Assembly (NCBI GenBank): GCA_900313515.1
Contig: OMRK01000196.1
Location: forward strand, 1-42,475
Source of the DNA: an uncultured bacterium
GTDB taxonomy: Bacteria; Vulcanimicrobiota; Xenobia; Xenobiales; Xenobiaceae
Length of the DNA stretch: 42,475 nucleotides
Direction of reading: 5' to 3'
A program made the translations under genes and the position numbers. Within the stretch, counting starts at the first letter, position 1; each line of letters starts with the position of its first letter. Below are positions 1-8,415 of the stretch, one piece after another. The notes beneath the pieces are model-generated. The model did not search any database. It had not been told where the DNA came from and saw only the letters and a list, made by a program, of their open reading frames with translations.

Positions 1-1016
1 AGGTTATCGAGTGTATCTTGAGCGGCTTGCAAACCGGCAAAAGTAAAGTCCAGACGAGAACGGTAATGCGTAGAGAAGAGCAAGTAGCGCACAGCCAGCG
101 CGTTCCAGGACTTGCCAGAACTATTGTTTTTACCATCAAACAGATCACGCAGCTTGAGGAAATTGCCCAGGGACTTACTCATCTTCCTGCCCTCGACCTG
201 CAGGTGTTCGGAGTGGAGCCAATACTTGACAAAGTGTTCACCCGTACAGGGCTCGGTCTGGGCTATTTCATTCTGGTGGTGTGGGAAAATATTATCCACT
301 CCGCCCGTATGAATATCTAAGTGAGGTCCAAGATACTCGGTACTCATGGCTGAACATTCAATATGCCAGCCGGGACGGCCCTTGCCTAAATCGGGGTAAT
401 CATTCCAGAACACATCGCCATCGCCCTCATCCCAGGCCTTCCAAAGAGCAAAATCAGCCGCAGTGTCCTTGTCGTACTCATCTTGAGCCACCCGAGCTCC
501 GCTCTGCAGCTCACCTACCTTAATATGGGCAAGTTGTCCATAATCCTTAAACTTAGATATATCGTAGTAGATAGAGCCATCATCGGAACGATAAGCATAA
601 CCTTTAAGCAAAAGCTGACGGATCATAGCCACCATGCGCTCCACGTGTTGAGTAGCCCGAGGGTAATAGGTAGCAGGCTCTATATTTAGGCTACGCAGAT
701 CAGCAAAGAAGGCATCAATGAAAGGCTTAGTAATTTCGCCCAGAGGCACCTTCTGGGTTCTGGCCTTGCGGATAGTCTTATCCTCGACATCGGTTATATT
801 CATAACATGAGTTACTTCGTAACCCCTAAATTCCAAGTAACGGCGCAGAATATCCTCAAAAACGTAGGTACGAAAATTGCCAATGTGAGCATAATCGTGC
901 ACCGTGGGACCGCAGGTATACATACCAACCTTACAGGGCTTGCCAGGCTCGGTCTCCGCTATAGGATGGAATTCCTCCAGAGTACGGCTCATGGTATTAA
1001 AAAAACGGATCGTCAT
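1..1016 (-). CDS. cysS: Cysteine--tRNA ligase, N-terminal ~338 aa (3' end runs off the window)
   Basis: Absent from the ORF track because it is truncated by the window edge. Reverse-complement translation from the ATG at 1016-1014 gives MTIRFFNTMSRTLEEFHP...MYTCGPTVHDYAHIGNFRTYVFEDILRRYL (class I HIGH motif as HIGN). It stays in frame through ...YWLHSEHLQVEGRKMSKSLGNF (KMSKS, about 174-188). The N-terminus is typical of CysRS. Confidence 0.9.
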   Translation of the reverse strand, partial: MTIRFFNTMSRTLEEFHPIAETEPGKPCKVGMYTCGPTVHDYAHIGNFRTYVFEDILRRYLEFRGYEVTHVMNITDVEDKTIRKARTQKVPLGEITKPFIDAFFADLRSLNIEPATYYPRATQHVERMVAMIRQLLLKGYAYRSDDGSIYYDISKFKDYGQLAHIKVGELQSGARVAQDEYDKDTAADFALWKAWDEGDGDVFWNDYPDLGKGRPGWHIECSAMSTEYLGPHLDIHTGGVDNIFPHHQNEIAQTEPCTGEHFVKYWLHSEHLQVEGRKMSKSLGNFLKLRDLFDGKNNSSGKSWNALAVRYLLFSTHYRSRLDFTFAGLQAAQDTLDN

Positions 1017-1065
1017 AACTTAGATACTACCTCTGAAACCAAAATCTTTAGTTTACTGAGGTGTA

Positions 1066-1094
1066 AGTTTACACGTTCCCCGCCTAAATTGCAA
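1066..1094 (-). promoter_or_regulatory. Putative sigma70-type promoter for cysS (minus strand TTGCAA-N17-TAAACT)
   Basis: On the minus strand, TTGCAA (1094-1089) is followed by exactly 17 nt and then TAAACT (1071-1066), about 50 nt upstream of the cysS ATG. The -10 element overlaps a 6-2-6 inverted repeat, GTGTAA-nn-TTACAC. Confidence 0.35.
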
Positions 1095-1117
1095 TTTGGC
1101 CAAGCATCCAGAATTAA

Positions 1118-2080
1118 CTATTCCTCTTCGTTCTGAGGAACGGCCACTATGTCATACTGGAGAGTGTAAGCACCGACATCGCTATTATTTGTGTCATTCA
1201 ATCCACTCAAAGCTTCTTCATTGCTCAGCGAACCCTGGCTTACCGCATTTGTCTCCGCTCTATCCTGCAAGGTCATTCCCCTCTTGTTCAGACTGCGGGT
1301 GAGTTCTTCCAAACGTGCCGATTTCACCACCAAGGTTACATTAGGTTTATTGGTTACGACTCTAAAAGCCACAATACAGTCAGCCAAAATCTGGCTCTTA
1401 AGAACCTTAACCGTTGTTCCACCAACGCTAGCTGACGTGGAGCTGAAGACTTTATCGGGAGATACCAAAAAACTCTTTATATCGCTAGCGCTCAACAAAG
1501 CACCAGTGTCTATCTCACGCCGAATTAACCACTTATGAGGGCAGGTACTGGCACTCTTGCAAATGCCTGTCCCAACCTCGTAGCCATACCTGGCCTTGTG
1601 ATCTTCTGGACTCAGAACTGCCGCATAGTACAAAATATTCGTCTTCCAACTCGGGCGACCAGTGCTGTCACGCCCAAAGTAAGCAGCGCCGCCCGGATTG
1701 TCCCCCTCCGGATTGGACTTATAAGCAGAGAGCATCCATAGGGCCTGACCATAATGAATCTTGTCAGTTATATCAGTACCTCCGGCCCATGCGCTGTAAC
1801 CGGGAGTGGAATTATCACTTGCTGTGTAATTAGAATAGGCAGCCACTCCCATCTTACTGAAACAGGTGCGCCGAATATCATCCAGGGCGAATATACTGAC
1901 CTTACGCATCATGCTCTGGGTCACATGCCGCCCCTCGACACTACGCCAGGAGTCCAGACCGTACTGTACCATGGTAAAAAGCACAACCATAACGGCACTA
2001 AACACCCCAGTAGTGATCAAAACCTCCACCAAGGTTGTCCCCAACCCTTTATATCTATGCCTGCCCTCTAAGTTGACCAT
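1118..2080 (-). CDS. Prepilin-type N-terminal cleavage/methylation domain protein (large pseudopilin-like, 320 aa)
   Basis: N-terminus is MVNLEGRHRYKGLG/TTLVEVLITTGVFSAVMVVLF: a basic leader, Gly, Glu at +5, then a hydrophobic helix. A GGGAGA SD lies about 9 nt upstream of the ATG. Confidence 0.75.
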   Translation of the reverse strand: MVNLEGRHRYKGLGTTLVEVLITTGVFSAVMVVLFTMVQYGLDSWRSVEGRHVTQSMMRKVSIFALDDIRRTCFSKMGVAAYSNYTASDNSTPGYSAWAGGTDITDKIHYGQALWMLSAYKSNPEGDNPGGAAYFGRDSTGRPSWKTNILYYAAVLSPEDHKARYGYEVGTGICKSASTCPHKWLIRREIDTGALLSASDIKSFLVSPDKVFSSTSASVGGTTVKVLKSQILADCIVAFRVVTNKPNVTLVVKSARLEELTRSLNKRGMTLQDRAETNAVSQGSLSNEEALSGLNDTNNSDVGAYTLQYDIVAVPQNEEE

Positions 2081-2152
2081 ACAGATCGTTCTCCCTACCG
2101 GCCCAATTCCCTAAGGCTAGCCAATCAAATTCAACTTACAGCCAGCTCCCAT

Positions 2153-2839
2153 TTATCCACCACCTGAACCGCCCACCAACTGGCTCACATTATAAAGGCG
2201 GCTCATCTCACAGCGCAGAATCCCCATGCCACGGGCCTGATTATACTCATTTTTGGAACCACCGTAAGCATTGCTGCTCACTTTGCCAGAAGTTCTCTCT
2301 TCAGCTTCCAAAGCATCTATGGCCCCGCTATCTCCCCACCACACTGTAGCATCAAGCTTAACCAGATCGTTGCTAAAACCAGAGTCCGCCCCAGACGAAC
2401 CAGAGCCACCCGTTGAAACAGCTATGGGAGTCACACTAAGTTCCCAGACAAAGGTGGTATTGTTGAGCAACTTGATTCCAGAGCAGAGGACGCCAGGACT
2501 ACCACCAGTTAACTTACCCAAAGCTGCTTTGTATGTCTCATCAACCGCTATAGTTTTTCCATCGGCAGTCTGACCGGACCCCTTAGTTATGATATCGTTT
2601 ACCTCTTTGGTGAGAACTGTCTCGGCCACAATCACGCCCGCCGTCAAATCGGTCGATTTTTGGCTAGCTCGCATAGATCCGGTAAATACGGCCATTATCA
2701 GCAAAAGCGTTACAGATAGGATACCAATGGAAACCATGAGCTCAAGCAGGCTGAAGCCACCTGCCCTGCGTTCCCTGCAACGCCCCACTCCGGCGCGTTC
2801 TCTCATATAAATAATGCGTCTAAAAGCAGTTCCGCTCAT
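2153..2839 (-). CDS. Prepilin-type N-terminal cleavage/methylation domain protein (pseudopilin-like)
   Basis: ...RERRAGG/FSLLELMVSIGILSVTLLLIMAVF matches the G/FxLxE class III signal peptide motif. The ORF is open to 2872, but the ATG at 2839 has an AGGA SD 7 nt upstream. The ATG at 2806 is another alternative start. Confidence 0.75.
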   Translation of the reverse strand: MSGTAFRRIIYMRERAGVGRCRERRAGGFSLLELMVSIGILSVTLLLIMAVFTGSMRASQKSTDLTAGVIVAETVLTKEVNDIITKGSGQTADGKTIAVDETYKAALGKLTGGSPGVLCSGIKLLNNTTFVWELSVTPIAVSTGGSGSSGADSGFSNDLVKLDATVWWGDSGAIDALEAEERTSGKVSSNAYGGSKNEYNQARGMGILRCEMSRLYNVSQLVGGSGGG

Positions 2840-3114
2840 CCCCACTTCCTCTGCAAGCCAATTCACATTCAATGCATCTCAAACCAAGTTCCAGCTAGCC
2901 CAAACCGTTCCACAGAGAACGGCATTGCAAACAACCGCCCCCGCTCCGCAGTCCCCCCCGATTTTACCATATTCTATATATTATTGACATCCCCCCTAAA
3001 ACGACTTCTTCTCAGCCGTTTCCCAGATACGCCATCCCTGTTCTACGCTAAAATGGTGGCTTTGAGAGCTTCACATAAATTTGCTCTTTCACCACGGCCG
3101 CCCACCGCTACTTC

Positions 3115-3555
3115 CTAGCTGGATTGCTTCAATAGCTTCAAAGCTGTACGCAAGGTGTCCAATCCCTCGCCCTGCCTACGAACCACTTCCTCTAAACTAG
3201 CAATCCGCTCAAACAAGGCTTCAATCGAGCAATCACTTTCCCCAGATTTAGAGGTTCTAGCCGTCACGGTGCCGCCATTTGTGACCAAAGTACTGCTAAA
3301 CTCCCTAATCTGACCATCCAGCCTTTCTTCAAGCTCCCGCAGCTCCTTCAAGGAAGCAACCCTTGAGAGCATGTCATTGAGCTCAAAGCGAAAGCTATCC
3401 AACTCCTCGGTTACTTCACGTTTGAAACCAGACTCATCGAGTTGCTGCGAATGACGCATCTGAGCCAATTTTTGTCGCAAGCCGACTTCCAGCCTATTGA
3501 TACGTTCCGAAAATTCCTCAGCTAAAGTTTCCATACTAATCAGCCTCTTAAACAA
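3115..3555 (-). CDS. Hypothetical coiled-coil protein (146 aa)
   Basis: Clean ORF with heptad-like, charged, Leu/Glu/Arg-rich sequence (RINRLEVGLRQKLAQMRH..., LKELRELEERLDGQIREF). I recognise no family motif. Confidence 0.55.
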   Translation of the reverse strand: MFKRLISMETLAEEFSERINRLEVGLRQKLAQMRHSQQLDESGFKREVTEELDSFRFELNDMLSRVASLKELRELEERLDGQIREFSSTLVTNGGTVTARTSKSGESDCSIEALFERIASLEEVVRRQGEGLDTLRTALKLLKQSS

Positions 3556-3635
3556 CGCTAGCTATCACTCAAACAGCCCGCCTAAACAAAAAAAAGCAAG
3601 AAGGAAATTGCCCCAAAGACTCGCAAAACTGCGCT

Positions 3636-4016
3636 ATGCAACAGACGCCCTTTCCAGAGAACGCTTCCCTCTCCCTGCTTCAAAAATACGTGAGGCAAAA
3701 ATGCCAAGAGAGGGGATTTGACAAGGCCGAAGATCTAGAAATATGGCTCCTGCTTACCGAAGAAGTAGGTGAGCTCTCTAGAGCTATACGTAAGAAAAGA
3801 CAACTGTTCACCGAAGTACGGAATCGCGAGAATGCAGACCAGATGTCGCATGACGCCGTCCAAAACAGTCAAGCCATCTCTGTGCAAGGAAATCTGGCAG
3901 AAGAAATGGCTGACGTGCTCAGTTATCTGTTGGATTTGGCCAACCGCTTTAACGTAGACTTAGAGCAAGCCTTCAGATTAAAAGAATCTGAAAACGACAA
4001 GCGTGAATGGTTATAA
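3636..4016 (+). CDS. MazG-like nucleotide pyrophosphohydrolase domain protein
   Basis: LLLTEEVGELSRAIRKK ... LAEEMADVLSYLLDLANRFNVDLEQAF is the EExxE...ExxD four-helix MazG/NTP-PPase pattern. The size (126 aa) is typical. Confidence 0.75.
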   Translation: MQQTPFPENASLSLLQKYVRQKCQERGFDKAEDLEIWLLLTEEVGELSRAIRKKRQLFTEVRNRENADQMSHDAVQNSQAISVQGNLAEEMADVLSYLLDLANRFNVDLEQAFRLKESENDKREWL

Positions 4017-4136
4017 TCTATCTTCGGCCCTACGCCCCCAAAAACTATTAGATTCCGTTTTCCCCCTTGCGTCCATAACCATCGGCTCAACCCCAGGATT
4101 GTGCCGGTGAGTCGGCAAAAATTAGCATTCTGGCTC

Positions 4137-5480
4137 TCAGCCTAAGCCGAATTCCCTATGCACCGCCCGGGCCGCTACTTCCAGAGAACTTTCTGGAACA
4201 ACTACCGAAATGGTAATGTGAGAATCGGTGCTGTAGTAAAAATCTGCACCACCATCCGCCAAGGCCTTGCAAATGCGTAACATCACACCTGGTTGGCCAC
4301 GCATGGCCTGTCCAACTACGGACAACTTGGCACATCCCAGAAGCATAGAAAAACTGCACCCGAATTTCTCCAAAAGCTTCTTGGCCACATTCAAATCGCT
4401 GTTGTTGATCAAAAAGGTTACTTTGTCACCGGCGACATTGATCATGTCCAAAGAAAGCGAAGCCTTGGCGAGTTCATCGAAAAGTTCCAAACGGTAATTG
4501 CGCAGATCGGCAGCGGCCTGAAAATCGATACTCACCATAGCGTAACCAGGCACACTCACTATTCCGGTTACTACGCGCTCTGAGCTCAAACGACGGTCAT
4601 CTATTTTAACGTTGGTACCAGCAGGATCAGTCTCTGCACCAGCGTTTTCCATGGTTAAGCAAGTAGCAGAACCTTCCGCTACTCCATTCACAACTTGCTT
4701 GACCAGGTTGGAAGCTTCATCTTCAACTCCCTCTCCCATGGCCTCTATGCTAGTGCCGGGTGCGTCGCTGAAAGTTGAGCGCACTCGCAAAGGCACAGAA
4801 TGAGACTGGGAGATTTCCACTGCCCGAGGATGCAAGACTTTAGCACCCTCATTAGCCATCTCACCAACCTCGCTATGGCTGATCTTATCTAAGACCTTAG
4901 CTTGGGGCACACAGCGCGGATCGGCGGTCATGACCCCTTCCACATCGGTGAAGATATCCACGCGATCGGCTCCAACTGCCGCTCCCAGAGCCACAGCGGT
5001 GGTGTCACTGCCACCACGTCCTAAGGTGACCACTTCGCCTTGCTCATTTATCCCCTGGAAGCCAGCTACCACCGGAATCTTGCCCTCCTGCAGAGCCTTG
5101 AGCAAGTTACTGGGATCTATGCTTATAATGGAAGCCTGACCGTAGCTGTTGCCAGCTAAAATCCCCGCCTCAGGACCATCGAAGGCTTGGGCCTCGAGAC
5201 CCTGGCTACGCAGGTAGTGACTCACCACTACAGCCGAGATGACTTCGCCACAAGCCATAAGCATGTCGCGCTCACGAGCAGAACCGCTGGTCTGGTATGG
5301 AGCTACTAACCCCAGCAAGCTGTCTGTGGCGTACGGAGCAGGACGTCGCCCCATGGCCGAAACTACCACTATAGGAGAATTTCCCTGCTCTATCTCAACT
5401 TTAACCTTCTGTGCCAAAGCCTGCCAACCGCGCTCTGAAGCAGTCGAAGTACCCCCAAATTTCTGTACAATTACCGCCAT
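4137..5480 (-). CDS. lysC: Aspartate kinase
   Basis: MAVIVQKFGGTSTAS, VVVSAMG and LGRGGSDTTAVALGAA motifs, with C-terminal ACT-like repeats. The start overlaps the asd stop by 1 nt (TGATG). There is a ~45-aa Glu/Ala/Gly-rich insert between the catalytic and ACT regions. Confidence 0.93.
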   Translation of the reverse strand: MAVIVQKFGGTSTASERGWQALAQKVKVEIEQGNSPIVVVSAMGRRPAPYATDSLLGLVAPYQTSGSARERDMLMACGEVISAVVVSHYLRSQGLEAQAFDGPEAGILAGNSYGQASIISIDPSNLLKALQEGKIPVVAGFQGINEQGEVVTLGRGGSDTTAVALGAAVGADRVDIFTDVEGVMTADPRCVPQAKVLDKISHSEVGEMANEGAKVLHPRAVEISQSHSVPLRVRSTFSDAPGTSIEAMGEGVEDEASNLVKQVVNGVAEGSATCLTMENAGAETDPAGTNVKIDDRRLSSERVVTGIVSVPGYAMVSIDFQAAADLRNYRLELFDELAKASLSLDMINVAGDKVTFLINNSDLNVAKKLLEKFGCSFSMLLGCAKLSVVGQAMRGQPGVMLRICKALADGGADFYYSTDSHITISVVVPESSLEVAARAVHREFGLG

Positions 5481-6559
5481 CAGCTCTGCCGTCCGCTCTC
5501 TGCCTGCAGCTCAATCCAAGCTTGGGCAATATTTACCGCATTGGTGGCCGCACCCTTGCGCAAATTATCGGCCACTACCCACATAACTAATCCGTTTTCT
5601 GAAGTAGGATCACGCCGGATCCTACCTACCAAAACATCATCTTGATGTTCCCCATCCAATGGAGTGGGATAGATTCCCTCGGAAGGATCATCCAACAAGC
5701 GCACACAAGGTGCTTGAGACAAGATAGCTTTGGCTTCTTCAACGGAAGTCGGCTTAGAGAAGCCCACATGCACCACCTCAGAATGGGCAAAAAAGACAGG
5801 TACGCGCACGCAGGTGGCAACAACCGGCAAGTTGGGCAATCCGAGAATTTTTTTAGTCTCGTTGACCATTTTGGTTTCTTCGGTTGAATTGCCATCGATA
5901 TCGAAACTGCCGATCTGCGGGAAAAGATTGAAGGCTATGGGGCGGGGGAAAACGCTCTCCTTCTTCGCTAACTCTCCTGCCGCACTCTGGGCGCAATGTC
6001 CCGAGACAGCTTCGCAAGCCTGCAAAAACTCAGTAGCCTGCTGACGCAGTTCCTTAACCGCCTCCTTGCCGGCTCCAGAAACGGACTGATAAGAGGCCAC
6101 ACTGAGCGAAACTAATCCCCAAGCCCGGTGCAAAGGCGCCACAGCACTCATCATCTGAATAGTGGAGCAGTTGGGATTGGCTATAATCCCATGATTTTCC
6201 TTAATAGTTTCTCCATTAACCTCAGGAACAACCAAAGGCACATCTTCATGCATGCGGAAAGTCGAGGAATTATCTATAACCAAAGCTCCAGCGGCGGCGG
6301 CCTTTTTCACATAATCGGCAGACGCAACATCACCACCGGCAAACAGAGCAATATCTACCTGACTGAAATCAAACTCGGCAATGTCGGCCACCGGCAAAAA
6401 CGAACCACGGAACTCAACCTGACTACCAGCTGACCTGGACGAAGCTACCGCAAAAACTTTGTCGATAGGCAACCCACTGCGCTCGGCGAGAACCGTAAGC
6501 ATGGTTCCACCTACCAGGCCAGTAGCCCCGACCACTGCAAAATTGTACTTTTCTTTCAT
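5480..6559 (-). CDS. asd: Aspartate-semialdehyde dehydrogenase
   Basis: FAVVGATGLVGG NAD(P)-binding N-terminus, the NPNCSTIQM active-site Cys motif, and the operon context with lysC and dapB. Confidence 0.93.
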   Translation of the reverse strand: MKEKYNFAVVGATGLVGGTMLTVLAERSGLPIDKVFAVASSRSAGSQVEFRGSFLPVADIAEFDFSQVDIALFAGGDVASADYVKKAAAAGALVIDNSSTFRMHEDVPLVVPEVNGETIKENHGIIANPNCSTIQMMSAVAPLHRAWGLVSLSVASYQSVSGAGKEAVKELRQQATEFLQACEAVSGHCAQSAAGELAKKESVFPRPIAFNLFPQIGSFDIDGNSTEETKMVNETKKILGLPNLPVVATCVRVPVFFAHSEVVHVGFSKPTSVEEAKAILSQAPCVRLLDDPSEGIYPTPLDGEHQDDVLVGRIRRDPTSENGLVMWVVADNLRKGAATNAVNIAQAWIELQAESGRQS

Positions 6560-6655
6560 AGGAAATCGTTATACCTCAAAATACAACAGGCTGCCCTTAC
6601 ACTGCAGCCCTAAAATAGATCTGGAATTCAAACTGGAAATGTAAAGATATCTGAC

Positions 6656-7477
6656 TCAATCAAGCAGATTTTCCAAACCGGTATTGAGTCCCTCAAGCTC
6701 ACGTATTTTCCGAATAGCTAGAATAACACCAGACATAAAGGACTCACGTGATGAAGAACTATGGTGAAGCGTAAGCGTTTCGCCCTGCCCGCCGAAAATA
6801 ACCTGCTGATCGGCTACATATCCAGGCAAACGCACGGAATGGATGCGAATCCCGCCAAACTTTCCGCCTCTGACTCCCTTGACCGTTTCATCACTTTCAA
6901 CCGGCGAACGGAACTTGCCGTTGGAAGCCCTGGCCATAACCTCTGCCGTATAAAGGGCGGTACCAGAGGGCGAATCCACCTTGCGCTCATGATGGCTCTC
7001 GACAATTTCAGCCCATTTAAAGTACTTGGAGGCCATCTTGGCGAACTTTATCATGAGAACCGCACCCAGAGCAAAGTTGGGCACGAAAAGGACGGGCACG
7101 TTGTACTCCTTTACTAAGGAACTTATTTCTTCAAAATCGAAGTTGGAGATCCCGGTGGTGCCGACCACACAGGCAATGTTCTGCTTGATCGCCCTGGAGA
7201 CAACCTCTCTAATAAAGCTTCCTGTGGAAACATCCACCAAGACCCCACCCCTGGCCTTTTCTAAGGTACTGTCGATATCGATGGAAACTTCTACTCCACA
7301 TGGATCGCCTGTTATAAGTTCACCAATATCTTCACCCAAATGACGCGCATGCCCTATGGCCCCCACTAATTCCATACCCACCTGCGTAAGCACGGTACGC
7401 ACAATCTCACGCCCCAGCCTGCCTGTAGCACCGGAAACAACCACCGGAATAGAAGCCAGCATACTAGAATTTACCAC
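6656..7477 (-). CDS. dapB: 4-hydroxy-tetrahydrodipicolinate reductase
   Basis: VVVSGATGRLGREI N-terminus and the ESHHERKVDSPSGTA DapB signature (E-x-HH-x-x-K-x-D-x-PSGTA). Confidence 0.92.
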   Translation of the reverse strand: MVNSSMLASIPVVVSGATGRLGREIVRTVLTQVGMELVGAIGHARHLGEDIGELITGDPCGVEVSIDIDSTLEKARGGVLVDVSTGSFIREVVSRAIKQNIACVVGTTGISNFDFEEISSLVKEYNVPVLFVPNFALGAVLMIKFAKMASKYFKWAEIVESHHERKVDSPSGTALYTAEVMARASNGKFRSPVESDETVKGVRGGKFGGIRIHSVRLPGYVADQQVIFGGQGETLTLHHSSSSRESFMSGVILAIRKIRELEGLNTGLENLLD

Positions 7478-7514
7478 CTTTCACGAAATACGCACTCTCA
7501 AACTTCTGCATCGG

Positions 7515-8195
7515 CTAATTACCGAAAATCTGCGTCTTCAACCTACTCAAATCTATGTTCTGGGTGCGAGCTGCCCGACGGCGACGCCGTTCCCTGCTAT
7601 CATCGGCTTCCTCCGACAACCTATCGCGACCGCTTTCACTTCTTCTACGGTGCGAGGCTTCCGCTGCTCCATCAGCAGAGTTCTTCTCAGAGCGACGACG
7701 CCCAGAAGTTCCGAATAAACCATCATTTTCCCCCGCATCTTCTTCAAATCCAGGCGGAACCTCCAAACTGGGGAACTCTACATCGGATTCTACCTTGCCA
7801 GTTCCATGTTCGGTGGCCTTACTGGATACAGTATTCACGGCAGCCTTACCACTAACCTCGGCGCGGCTACTCGTTTGCTGGAAGTTCCAAGCCGCTCCCC
7901 GCCCACTTCCACCGACCGGATTGGCGTCTTTAGCCTGGCGACCGCTGTTTGACATGCTCTGCGCAGCAAGCTGTTCCTGCTCAACACGTTTCGCGGCCTC
8001 TTCCCGTTCCCGCTCTAAACGCTTTCTGGCCTCTTCACGGCGCATCTGAAGTTCAAGAGCCACCCTATCTAACTCGGGCAGGGGTTCCCAAGGCAAAACA
8101 TTAGGATCGGGCGCATCAAAAATAGCTCTCTTAATGCGCCTAACTTCGTCCGCCGATATGAAAACCAGAGGCACAGACAGCTTTATCCCTACCAT
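7515..8195 (-). CDS. Hypothetical protein: small ordered N-terminal domain plus a long Arg/Glu/Ser-rich disordered tail
   Basis: Good SD (AGGTGA) about 7 nt upstream of the ATG, and only 37 nt upstream of dapB on the same strand. The N-terminus MVGIKLSVPLVFISADEVRRIKRAIFDAPDPNVLPWEPLPELD looks globular; the rest is low complexity. I recognise no family. Confidence 0.6.
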   Translation of the reverse strand: MVGIKLSVPLVFISADEVRRIKRAIFDAPDPNVLPWEPLPELDRVALELQMRREEARKRLEREREEAAKRVEQEQLAAQSMSNSGRQAKDANPVGGSGRGAAWNFQQTSSRAEVSGKAAVNTVSSKATEHGTGKVESDVEFPSLEVPPGFEEDAGENDGLFGTSGRRRSEKNSADGAAEASHRRRSESGRDRLSEEADDSRERRRRRAARTQNIDLSRLKTQIFGN

Positions 8196-8415
8196 ACTCT
8201 TTTCACCTCTACCGTTCTTAAAAACTTACGCAAACCCGAAGCACATGGGCTTGTCGTTTAAATGCCAACACACCCTCTCGCCTGCCCGTTCGCTACAGGA
8301 AAGCAGATTCCGCTTAAATAGTAAAATTGATTTTCAAAAATAGAAATCGAAGCAAAGAAAAGGGGCACATACGCGACAAAATATAGTTGCTTTTTGCTCC
8401 AGTTTGGGGTAAATT

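Noticed and set aside
8196-8415. I looked for a lysine (L-box) riboswitch upstream of the hyp-dapB-asd-lysC operon.
   Set aside because: None of the conserved L-box core elements I remember could be found on the minus strand. This is not decisive without an Infernal scan.
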